Notes under the pieces: model-generated
Databases searched by the model: none
Told to the model about the DNA's origin: nothing
Seen by the model: only the letters and a program-made list of their open reading frames with translations
Shown here: piece after piece, positions 10,977 to 23,334 of the stretch
How positions within the stretch are numbered: the first letter of the stretch is position 1
Layout: each line of letters starts with the position of its first letter
NCBI GenBank assembly: GCA_051362555.1
Contig: CM120644.1
Coordinates: forward strand, 21,102,534-21,166,533
Reading direction: 5' to 3'
Length of the DNA: 64,000 nucleotides
From: Lingula anatina
Taxonomy: Eukaryota > Animalia > Brachiopoda
Made by a program: the position numbers and the translations under genes

Positions 10977-12560
10977 TCATGTAGTTTTCAGTTTCCTTCT
11001 AAAAAGTAAAGGCCGCAGTACTCTCTTGGACAACTTATACACAAACACAGCCATGAGAACTACAGCAAGAATACCACTGAAAGCAAGCATAGCCATGACG
11101 ACGGCGACATCCAGTAAGAAATACTGGACCCAGTTCAGTCTGTAAGCTGCTTGTGAGTGAAAGTGACCCGAGCCATTGTGGTGTATGACATAGTTTATCC
11201 AATATAACAGTTCATCTTGTCCAGACATGGGGGTGTCTTTGAGGAGCTCTGAGAGCTTAACTGCATTTTCCTTGAACACTTTATTCTCCAGAACACTGTG
11301 TATGGCCATCTCCAGGATGTCCTCAGTCAAGGAACTAAAGGCCAGCCTCACTCCCACCCCAGCCCTGTCTGTTAGTGTTCTGGCGTGGTGATGCTGGTCA
11401 AACAGCAGAGGAATGGCCACCACAGGGACAGCATGGTACAGCGTCTCCCATGTACTGCTCACTCCACAGTGGCTGATGAACAGTCTGGTGGCAGGATGGG
11501 CCAGGAGGTCATTCTGGGGGAACCATTCTACCAGGTGGGTATTCCTGCCCAGGGATTTGGGAGGCGTTCCCTTGTAGCGCCACAGAACCTTCTGGGGAAG
11601 TTTGGCAAATACTCTGGCAAAAAGTTCTGCTTTTTCTTCAAGCATGGTTGGAACCAAGGTACCAAAGCTCATGAGAACAATGCCGTGATCAGCCCAGGAG
11701 ACCAGGTCACTGTAATACTGAGACAGAGGTTGGGGTGGTGTCCACAGGAGACCAGGGATGGGTTTGACATGAGGCATGACAGGGCACGGGTAATTAAAAG
11801 CAAAATGGACATTGGCTGCAATGACCAGCGAAACACGTTCAAAAGCATGTCGCATGTGGGGCCAGTTCTCATTGGGAAAATATTCCCATCGTTTTCTCTC
11901 TAAAGCTTCTATTTTGTCATTCATCCACTTTGAACCTTCCCAGTGATCATATATGTTTTGAATTCGTTCCCAGAAAGTCATGTGATCTGACAGGCCATCT
12001 AAAGGAAACGGCATGTAAGAGTAGAAGACAGGCTGGTGGAAGACCCACCACGAGTTCCAGAACCCATAGTTAGAGTAGACAATGGACGGCACCTGTAAGT
12101 ATTCATTCAGGAATATCCCTGGACCATAGTTTACAAAATCAAAGAAATAGAGGGAGAAGTTTTCCTGTTTCAGACTTTGAATTAAGGTTTGGTCTCCAAA
12201 TAAAGCATCACACAGGGTAAACTCCATGATGTCTGTGTCTCTGAGGAGAGGGATGGCCGGCTGGTCAATGTAGCTGAGAGCAGTGGTCAAGTCCAGCTCT
12301 CCACCTTGGTTGATCCACACCTCCGGCATTTTGTACCGAATCAAACGCACACCATCTATATTCCTGCTTGGCTGGTAATGGTCACTGACCAACATACTGA
12401 CAGAATGATTATTGTCCCTTAGCAAGATGGCAATTTTCTCTATATTCATGGTTCTAGAGTTAAATATCTGTGAGAATGGGAAAAGAAGTATTTTCTCTCC
12501 CTTACAAATATTTAACATTACAGTCAACAAAGCCATATAAATGTGTGCCTTGATGTCCAT
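10977..12560 (-). CDS. UDP-glucuronosyl/glycosyltransferase (GT1, animal UGT type), intronless CDS, 527 aa
   Basis: Open frame from ATG 12560 (MDIKAHIYMALLTV, signal peptide). Contains the UGT signature WFPQNDLLAHPATRLFISHCGVSSTWETLYHAVPVVAIPLLFDQ, LNWVQYFLLDV before a C-terminal TM helix, and a KxKxx-type ER-retention tail (KLKTT). The ORF-track start at 12596 is a GTG and is less likely. Confidence 0.96.
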   Translation of the reverse strand: MDIKAHIYMALLTVMLNICKGEKILLFPFSQIFNSRTMNIEKIAILLRDNNHSVSMLVSDHYQPSRNIDGVRLIRYKMPEVWINQGGELDLTTALSYIDQPAIPLLRDTDIMEFTLCDALFGDQTLIQSLKQENFSLYFFDFVNYGPGIFLNEYLQVPSIVYSNYGFWNSWWVFHQPVFYSYMPFPLDGLSDHMTFWERIQNIYDHWEGSKWMNDKIEALERKRWEYFPNENWPHMRHAFERVSLVIAANVHFAFNYPCPVMPHVKPIPGLLWTPPQPLSQYYSDLVSWADHGIVLMSFGTLVPTMLEEKAELFARVFAKLPQKVLWRYKGTPPKSLGRNTHLVEWFPQNDLLAHPATRLFISHCGVSSTWETLYHAVPVVAIPLLFDQHHHARTLTDRAGVGVRLAFSSLTEDILEMAIHSVLENKVFKENAVKLSELLKDTPMSGQDELLYWINYVIHHNGSGHFHSQAAYRLNWVQYFLLDVAVVMAMLAFSGILAVVLMAVFVYKLSKRVLRPLLFRRKLKTT

Positions 12561-13431
12561 AGTGCAGTATATGGTCCATCCAGGTAAATGAACCACTTCA
12601 GTGCTTCTAATTTACAGTGTCAGCTCCTCTTTCACATCAGTGTTAGCTTATATCCCTCTTTAGATAACAAGATAAGGTCAATATAGGTCACACTGGGGTA
12701 GCGATATGTTCAGGCTGGATGTACGGGGGACTGGGTCAGGTTACAGAGATTGTGGGGTGAATCACAGTACTATGTATACAGTGTATATACATGTACTACT
12801 GCCTGATGATGGCTTTGGAATATCAGTTATTTCAGGAGGAGATCTGTTGCTACAGATATTTACTACAGAAATGGTGATTATGAGCTAAACATGATTATTA
12901 TTGTGATTATGAGCAAAAAAGGATAAAACTGAGATCACTAATATGATTACACACACATTATGATTTTGATATCTTTCTACATGTCATTTGGTAACCATTT
13001 CAGAGAACTGTTTAATAACATTAACAACTGCAGAAGCATGTACTGTTTCAACAAAAATGAAGTTCACACACACTGGTAACAAGCTATAATTTTAAATGCA
13101 TACAAATTGTTTTAATTGAAATACATTGGTTTACAACAACAACAAAAGACACCATTCAGTTCTAGTGATCAGTATTGTCTTACATAGAGAAAAATATGTT
13201 TTTAATGAGCATACTTCACAAACTTAGTGTTTTTTATTTTACATCTGTGACAACAAAACTATAAAACACGTAATTTACTGAAGAATTTAGATAAGTTGTT
13301 GACCAACCCACAAAGGAACCCCCACAAATCTTCCTTGACTACCTTAACTTCCAGGCAGTGTCAGTTTCAACCTAATTCTTCTCCCAGTATTCTCTCCCTT
13401 TATCACATGCATATACATGTAGTACCTGACA

Positions 13432-13614
13432 GAGTGCATATTCCAAACAGCTATCAGGTCCGCAGATCAAATATGGTGACCCACTTAAAAGCTTGCCGTT
13501 TAATTCTCGATTAGACACTGAATAGATTCCCTGTGCGGATTTCACAACAAGCACTTGAGTGGGTCAGACATATTTGATCTGCGGAACTGCTAGTCAGCTG
13601 TTCTGAACGCGCTC
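13432..13614. mobile_element. Degenerate MITE with long inverted ends
   Basis: TCCGCAGATCAAATATG-GTGACCCACT is mirrored by AGTGGGTCAGACATATTTGATCTGCGGA; outer ends GAGTGC...GCGCTC. Confidence 0.7.
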
Positions 13615-14660
13615 ATATCCAGCAGAACTTACCTTCTGTGGCTTGACTGGGGGTCCCTGGTCTGTGAGCAGTTTCACCAAATGTGCCTTGTCCTAAAAAC
13701 CATAGGAAATCCTATATGTATTCAACTGTAGCAGTATAGTTACCTGTATTGACATTTCCAAATTTTCACATTAAAACTGATCTTTTCTTTAATTTCATTA
13801 TCTTGTCAATACCCTCTGTTTATACCATTAATACATGGAACATCATTTACAAAAATGATAAAAGGACTGGGAGCCCTGCTCAAATAATATTAATAATAAT
13901 AATAATAATAACGCTAGTGAAATTACAGTGAATGCAAGCAGCCATGTACTTGGTTCTGCAAACAATTGTTCTAAAATTGTACATGTGGTCAGTTATTTCT
14001 GTGTCAGCAAATATTATATGAAGTGCTTATCATTATGAATTACATAACTGTTTAGGAGACAAAAAATATTTCTCAATTGTTCAGGACAAAATCATTCATT
14101 TAATATGTAAAAAAACACAGATACATACACGTACACCAACTTTGTGTTGTCAGAGAAATTTTGCATTTCTAAATTGATGGTGCAAATATTTGAATAGTGA
14201 CCCAGTTGTACCTAAAATCCTTCATTATATAGCCCTGAAACCAAATGCAATCCAAAGCAACTATCTTAACAAGATTTATGATCATCAAAATGAGAATCTA
14301 AGTATGACATATAAAAGAAACAAAATTAATGGAGTGCACAACTGAGCCATATCATAAGGTACTGAGTCACGATAATGAAAAATGTTACCAACCTTGGACT
14401 TTTTGAAAAATTCATTTTTCAGTAACTGTTTTGCTGTTGGTCTGGAAAAGAAAAACATTATGTGTTAGACCAGCCCATGGGCACATACTGTACATGTATT
14501 TTCAAATCAGTATTAGGACCACTCTTGTAAATACGACCTTCAATTTGTAACAATTACATGTAAATGCAACATCATGAAAAATATAATTTAAAGATGTTAA
14601 TCAAAAAGAACTAATATATTACTTGTTTTTGCAGGCAATGCATATATTTACACTGAATCC

Positions 14661-15078
14661 CTTTACTACACTCATCTGTAACCTTCTCAGTACATTTTAC
14701 CATCACTTTTGTACTTAGTTTCTTCACTGCACTCATCTGTAACCTTCTCAGTACATTTTACCATCATTTTTGTACTTAGTTTCTTTACTACACTCATCTG
14801 TAACCTTCTCAGTACATTTTACCATCACTTTTGTACTTAGTTTCTTTACTGCACTCATCTGTAACCTTCTCAGTACATTTTACCATCCCTTTTGTACTTA
14901 GTTTCTTTACTGCACTCATCTGTAACCTTCTCAGTACATTTTACCATCATTTTTGTACTTAGTTTCTTTACTACACTCATCTGTAACCTTCTCAGTACAT
15001 TTTACCATCACTTTTGTACTTAGTTTCTTTACTGCACTCATCTGTAACCTTCTCAGCACATTTTACCATCACTTTTAT
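14661..15078. repeat. 61-bp intronic minisatellite, ~7 copies
   Basis: Unit CTTTACTACACTCATCTGTAACCTTCTCAGTACATTTTACCATCACTTTTGTACTTAGTTT recurs every 61 bp. Confidence 0.95.
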
Positions 15079-15288
15079 GCTTATAGTTCCTGCCTTTAAT
15101 AAAAGAGCACTGTGACTTATAAATGATTCAGAGCTAATAATTATACTCAAAGTTGACAGTTTTACCTTTTCTCTGGCTCCTTTTTAAAGCACTCAGCTAT
15201 CATCTTGCGAAATAGTTTGCCATATAGTTTTTATACGGGTCCTTGTCCTCAGCTGCTGAGTCTATGTTGGGCGGCTCATTCTGCAGGG

Positions 15289-18200
15289 TCAGCATTAAAA
15301 CCTACACACAACTTTCAGATCAAAACATCAGCATTAAACCCTACACACAACATTGGATCAAAACATCAGCATTAAACCCTACACACAACTTTCAGATCAA
15401 AACATCAGCATTAAAACCTACACACAACATTCAGATCAAAACATCAGCATTAAAACCTACACACAACATTGGATCAAAACATCAGCATTAAAACCTACAC
15501 ACAACATTGGATCAAATATCAGCATTAAAACCTACACACAACATTCACATCAAAACATCAGCATTAAAACCTACACACAACATTAGATCAAAACATCAGC
15601 ATTAAAACCTACACACAACATTCAGATCAAAACATCAGCATTAAAACCTACACACAACATTGGATCAAAACATCAGCATTAAAACCTACACACAACATTC
15701 AGATCAAAACATCAGCATTAAAACCTACACACAACATTGGATCAAAACATCAGCATTAAAACCTACACACAACATTGGATCAAATATCAGCATTAAAACC
15801 TACACACAACATTCACATCAAAACATCAGCATTAAAACCTACACACAACATTAGATCAAAACATCAGCATTAAAACCTACACACAACATTGGATCAAATA
15901 TCAGCATTAAAACCTACACACAACATTCACATCAAAACATCAGCATTAAAACCTACACACAACATTGGATCAAATATCAGCATTAAAACCTACACACAAC
16001 ATTCAAATCAAAACATCAGCATTAAAACCTACACACAACATTGGATCAAAACATCAGCATTAAACCCTACACACAACATTCACATCAAAACATCAGCATT
16101 AAAACCTACACACAACATTCAGATCAAAACATCAGCATTAAAACCTACACACAACATTGGATCAAATATCAGCATTAAAACCTACACACAACATTCACAT
16201 CAAAACATCAGCATTAAAACCTACACACAACATTGGATCAAAACATCAGCATTAAAACCTACACACAACATTGGATCAAAACATCAGCATTAAAACCTAC
16301 ACACAACATTCACATCAAAACATCAGCATTAAAACCTACACACAACATTGGATCAAAGCATCAGCATTTAAACCTACACACAACATTCACATCAAAACAT
16401 CAGCATTAAAACCTACACACAACATTGGATCAAATATCAGCATTAAAACCTACACACAACATTGGATCAAAACATCAGCATTAAACCCTACACACAACAT
16501 TCACATCAAAACATCAGCATTAAAACCTACACACAACATTGGATCAAATATCAGCATTAAAACCTACACACAACATTCACATCAAAACATCAGCATTAAA
16601 ACCTACACACAACATTGGATCAAAACATCAGCATTAAACCCTACACACAACATTCACATCAAAACATCAGCATTAAAACCTACACACAACATTCACATCA
16701 AAACATCAGCATTAAAACCTACACACAACATTGGATCAAATATCAGCATTAAAACCTACACAAAACATTCACATCAAAACATCAGCATTAAAACCTACAC
16801 ACAACATTGGATCAAAACATCAGCATTAAAACCTACACACAACATTGGATCAAATATCAGCATTAAAACCTACACACAACATTGGATCAAAACATCAGCA
16901 TTAAAACCTACACACAACATTGGATCAAAACATCAGCATTAAACCCTACACACAACATTCACATCAAAACATCAGCATTAAAACCTACACACAACATTCA
17001 CATCAAAACATCAGCATTAAAACCTACACACAACATTGGATCAAAACATCAGCATTAAAACCTACACACAACATTCAGATCAAAACATCAGCATTAAAAC
17101 CTACACACAACATTGGATCAAAACATCAGCATTTAAACTTACACACAACATTCAGATCAAAACATCAGCATTAAAACCTACACACAACATTGGATCAAAG
17201 CATCAGCATTTAAACCTACACACAACATTCAGATCAAAACATCAGCATTAAAACCTACACACAACATTGGATCAAAACATCAGCATTAAAACCTACACAC
17301 AACATTCACATCAAAACATCAGCATTAAAACCTACACACAACATTCAGATCAAAACATCAGCATTAAAACCTACACACAACATTGGATCAAATATCAGCA
17401 TTAAAATCTACACACAACATTCGAATAAAAACATCAGCATTAAACCCTACACACAACATTCACATCAAAACATCAGCATTAAAACCTACACACAACATTC
17501 ACATCAAAACATCAGCATTAAAACCTACACACAACATTCACATCAAAACATCAGCATTAAAACCTACACACAACATTGGATCAAATATCAGCATTAAAAC
17601 CTACACACAACATTCACATCAAAACATCAGCATTAAAACCTACACACAACATTCAGATCAAAACATCAGCATTAAAACCTACACACAACATTGGATCAAA
17701 GCATCAGCATTTAAACCTACACACAACATTCAGATCAAAACATCAGCATTAAAACCTACACACAACATTGGATCAAAACATCAGCATTAAAACCTACACA
17801 CAACATTCACATCAAAACATCAGCATTAAAACCTACACACAACATTCAGATCAAAACATCAGCATTAAAACCTACACACAACATTGGATCAAATATCAGC
17901 ATTAAAATCTACACACAACATTCGAATAAAAACATCAGCATTAAACCCTACACACAACATTCACATCAAAACATCAGCATTAAAACCTACACACAACATT
18001 CACATCAAAACATCAGCATTAAAACCTACACACAACATTCACATCAAAACATCAGCATTAAAACCTACACACAACATTGGATCAAATATCAGCATTAAAA
18101 CCTACACACAACATTCACATCAAAACATCAGCATTAAAACCTACACACAACATTGGATCAAAACATCAGCATTAAACCCTACACACAACATTCACATTAA

Positions 18201-21200
18201 AACATCAGCATTAAACCCTACACACAACATTCACATTAAAACATCAGCATTAAAACCTACACACAACATTCAGATCAAAACATCAGCATTAAAACCTACA
18301 CACAACATTCACATCAAAACATCAGCATTAAAACCTACACACAACATTGGATCAAAACATCAGCATTAAAACCTACACACAACATTGGATCAAAACATCA
18401 GCATTAAACCCTACACACAACATTCACATCAAAACATCAGCATTAAAACCTACACACAACATTCACATCAAAACATCAGCATTAAAACCTACACACAACA
18501 TTGGATCAAATATCAGCATTAGAACCTACACACAACATTCACATCAAAACATCAGCATTAAAACCTACACACAACATTGGATCAAAACATCAGCATTAAA
18601 CCCTACACACAACATTCACATCAAAACATCAGCATTAAAACCTACACACAACATTCAGATCAAAACATCAGCATTAAAACCTACACACAACATTGGATCA
18701 AATATCAGCATTAAAACCTACACACAACATTCACATCAAAACATCAGCATTAAAACCTACACACAACATTGGATCAAAACATCAGCATTAAAACCTACAC
18801 ACAACATTGGATCAAATATCAGCATTAAAACCTACACACAACATTCACATCAAAACATCAGCATTAAAACCTACACACAACATTGGATCAAAACATCAGC
18901 ATTAAAACCTACACACAACATTGGATCAAAACATCAGCATTAAAACCTACACACAACATTGGATCAAATATCAGCATTAAAACCTACACACAACATTGGA
19001 TCAAAATATCAGCATTAAACCCTACACACAACATTCACATTAAAACATCAGCATTAAAACCTACACACAACATTCACATCAAAACATCAGCATTAAAACC
19101 TACACACAACATTGGATCAAAACATCAGCATTAAAACCTACACACAACATTGGATCAAAACATCAGCATTAAAACCTACACACAACATTGGATCAAATAT
19201 CAGCATTAAAACCTACACACAACATTGGATCAAAACATCAGCATTAAACCCTACACACAACATTCACATTAAAACATCAGCATTAAACCCTACACACAAC
19301 ATTCACATTAAAACATCAGCATTAAAACCTACACACAACATTCAGATCAAAACATCAGCATTCAAACCTACACACAACATTGGATCAAATATCAGCATTA
19401 AAACCTACACACAACATTCACATCAAAACATCAGCATTAAAACCTACACACAACATTGGATCAAAACATCAGCATTAAATCCTACACACAACATTCACAT
19501 CAAAACATCAGCATTAAAACCTACACACAACATTCACATCAAAACATCAGCATTAAAACCTACACACAACATTGGATCAAATATCAGCATTAAAACCTAC
19601 ACACAACATTCACATCAAAACATCAGCATTAAAACCTACACACAACATTGGATCAAAACATCAGCATTAAACCCTACACACAACATTCAGATCAAAACAT
19701 CAGCATTAAAACCTACACACAACATTCAGATCAAAACATCAGCATTAAAACCTACACACAACATTGGATCAAATATCAGCATTAAAACCTACACACAACA
19801 TTCACATCAAAACATCAGCATTAAAACCTACACACAACATTGGATCAAAACATCAGCATTAAAACCTACACACAACATTGGATCAAATATCAGCATTAAA
19901 ACCTACACACAACATTCACATCAAAACATCAGCATTAAAACCTACACACAACATTGGATCAAAACATCAGCATTAAAACCTACACACAACATTGGATCAA
20001 AACATCAGCATTAAAACCTACACACAACATTGGATCAAATATCAGCATTAAAACCTACACACAACATTGGATCAAAATATCAGCATTAAAACCTACACAC
20101 AACATTGGATCAAAACATCAGCATTAAAACCTACACACAACATTGGATCAAAACATCAGCATTAAACCCTACACACAACATTCACATCAAAACATCAGCA
20201 TTAAAACCTACACACAACATTCACATAAAAACATCAGCATTAAAACCTACACACAACATTTGATCAAATTATCAGCATTAAAACCTATACACAACATTCA
20301 GATCAAAACATCAGCATTAAAACCTACACACAACATTGGATCAAAACATCAGCATTTAAACTTACACACAACATTCAGATCAAAACATCAGCATTAAAAC
20401 CTACACACAACATTGGATCAAAACATCAGCATTAAAACCTACACACAACATTGGATCAAAACATCAGCATTTAAACCTACACACAACATTCAGATCAAAA
20501 CATCAGCATTAAAACCTACACACAACATTGGATCAAATATCAGCATTAAAATCTACACACAACATTCACATCAAAACATCAGCATTAAACCCTACACACA
20601 ACATTCACATCAAAACATCAGCATTAAAACCTACACACAACATTGGATCAAATATCAGCATTAAAATCTACACACAACATTCACATCAAAACATCAGCAT
20701 TAAAACCTACACACAACAATGGATCAAATATCAGCATTAAAACCTACACACAACATTCACATCAAAACATCAGCATTAAAACCTACACACAACATTGGAT
20801 CAAAACATCAGCATTAAACCCTACACACAACATTCACATCAAAACATCAGCATTAAACCCTACACACAACATTCACATCAAAACATCAGCATTAAAACCT
20901 ACACACAACATTCAGATCAAAACATCAGCATTAAAACCTACACACAACATTGGATCAAATATCAGCATTAAAACCTACACACAACATTGGATCAAAACAT
21001 CAGCATTAAAACCTACACACAACATTCACATCAAAACATCAGCATTAAAACCTACACACAACATTGGATCAAAACATCAGCATTTAAACCTACACACAAC
21101 ATTCACATCAAAACATCAGCATTAAAACCTACACACAACATTCACATCAAAACATCAGCATTAAAACCTACACACAACATTGGATCAAAACATCAGCATT

Positions 21201-21676
21201 AAAACCTACACACAACATTCACATCAAAACATCAGCATTAAAACCTACACACAACATTGGATCAAAACATCAGCATTTAAACCTACACACAACATTGGAT
21301 CAAAACATCAGCATTTAAACCTACACACAACATTGGATCAAAATATCAGCATTAAAACCTACATACAACATTCAGATAAAAAAATCAGCATTAAAACCTA
21401 CACACAACATTGGAACAAAATATCAGCATTAAAACCTACACACAACATTGGATCAAAACATCAGCATTAAAACCTACACACAACTTTCAGATCAAAAAAT
21501 CAGCATTAAAACCTACACACAACATTGGATCAAAATATCAGCATTAAAACCTACACACAATGTTCAGATCAAAACATCAGCATTAAAACCTACACACAAC
21601 ATTTGGATCAAAACATATATATATATATTGAAAACCTACACACAATGTTCACATCAGAACATCAGCATTAAAACCT
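15289..21676 (-). repeat. 6.4-kb tandem array of 37-39-bp units (~165 copies) derived from the kinase splice-acceptor/exon start
   Basis: Plus-strand unit CATCAGCATTAAAACCTACACACAACATT(CAG/CAC/GG)ATCAAAA. On the minus strand it reads ...TGTGTGTAG|GTTTTAATGCTGA, and the last copy runs straight into the kinase exon VLMLTLQNEPP. Confidence 0.97.
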
Positions 21677-22313
21677 GAGCGAAAGAGGAAAGTCAGAAAA
21701 GAATTTTACACAGCGAGCAACAAGAAAGGTAAGCCAAGGAATATGGTTGTATTCTAAATATGTTTTTTATCCCACCCACCCCTTCTCATACTCAATACTT
21801 TTCACACCCTCTTTTGCGCCTATTGCGCTTTTAGACATTCCACTGCCTAAATCATTGGGTGGCGCTTTTAAAAATTTCCCACCTTTAATAATTATGTAGA
21901 GTATGTATCACAGACATCTCGCCGTGTACAGATTTCTCTTTCAGAACTTATCATGGAGCAGTTGGGCCCCTAGGCCCATGGTATGTCGGTATGCATTTCA
22001 CAATCTGTTACACTCCGCTCTTTTACTCCTTTTCATAAAATTTTTAGGGTGACTCCCGTAAACGCCCAACATAAATACATAATTATTAAACATAGCAAAT
22101 AATTTTACTTTTCAAATATATTGAATTTATAAATAATGTCAAGGAGAGATCCTAAGACAGAAGTACATATATTTGTTATCATTTATTGATAACAAATATA
22201 TGTTATCATTTATTGATAAATAATTGCTTCTAGAATGAGAGTTGTTTCTAAAGGAAATCATAGTGTGTACATTTTCAAAGTTAACAGATTTTAACTACAC
22301 AAAAAATTTCTAG

Positions 22314-22315
<2 letters not shown>

Positions 22316-22350
<35 letters not shown>
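22316..22350. repeat. (TA)n microsatellite
   Basis: Direct observation. Confidence 0.95.
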
Positions 22351-22351
<1 letters not shown>

Positions 22352-23010
22352 CTGAGGTGCTGCCCCTGACTCCACACTTCACTCACCTCTTTCAGGGCAG
22401 GCTGAGCACACGTACTTCACTCTTCAACTACATAACCACTAACATATATACACAGAGCATGTGTCTGATATTCTATCATATTATTATTAATCTTACATCT
22501 CTTTAAAGCAAAGGAAAAACTATATTATAAAACAAAACAGATGTTTTCTTTGACCATGTTATTTAAATGTCTACTTAAAGGCAAAACAGTTGAAAGTACA
22601 TACCTTTGTACAGTAACCAAGGTAAAGGGGTGAAGCAAAATTAAATATACAAGGGAGAATTATAGAACTATGAGTTAAACATGTTTGTGGAAATATCATT
22701 CTACTGATAAAGGTGTTTTGATATTTTTAATGACAAATCATTGTTGGAAAAGGATCAATTTGTATTAAACTTCTTTGAGCTATTGCAAATCATCTTCAAA
22801 TTTGTTTAATAAGCCAGCTATAGACTCAACCTGGGCATCAATGCCAAACTGGTATTGTCTACACTAATGTAGCTATCCACATCAAACCCTTTGCAATCTG
22901 TTTCAAATAAACTTCTGGTGAACTTCCTGGTGAATTATCCTATTTGTAAAGAATATGAACACCTAGCCAGTACACACTATACCTGGCCTTGCTGATTACT
23001 GCCACTTCTA

Positions 23011-23177
23011 CAGGGGCAGATTTAGGCCGTCTTCTGGGTCTTCCAGAAGACGGTCAGATTTTCAAGTTTACATTGACGGATATCTATTTTTTCTGTCGGA
23101 ATATGGTCAAAAATGTAGGATGGATCAGCAAAGATAATTTGGAAGACTGTCAGAAAATATCTCTGGATCTGCCCCTG
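23011..23177. mobile_element. hAT-like MITE with 6-bp TSD
   Basis: Ends CAGGGGCAGAT / ATCTGCCCCTG; CTTCTA on both flanks (23005-23010, 23178-23183). Confidence 0.8.
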
Positions 23178-23297
23178 CTTCTATGCAGTTTGCCACAAGG
23201 TTGCCAGGCAACAGAGAAAGCAAAGCAGCCAATCACTGGTCCTAAATGGTCATGTAATGCAAGTATTGAAGAATGGTTGTATGTGGCTTCCAAACTG

Positions 23298-23334
<37 letters not shown>

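Noticed and set aside
15289-21676. CRISPR-like appearance of a ~38-bp periodic repeat
   Set aside because: No unique spacers, no cas genes, eukaryotic context; the unit derives from a host exon junction.
15243-21678. Many plus-strand ORFs (IKTSALKPTHN / NISIKTYTQH repeats, up to 300 aa)
   Set aside because: They are translations of the 37-39-bp satellite, with frames switching at each length variant; there is no gene structure on that strand.
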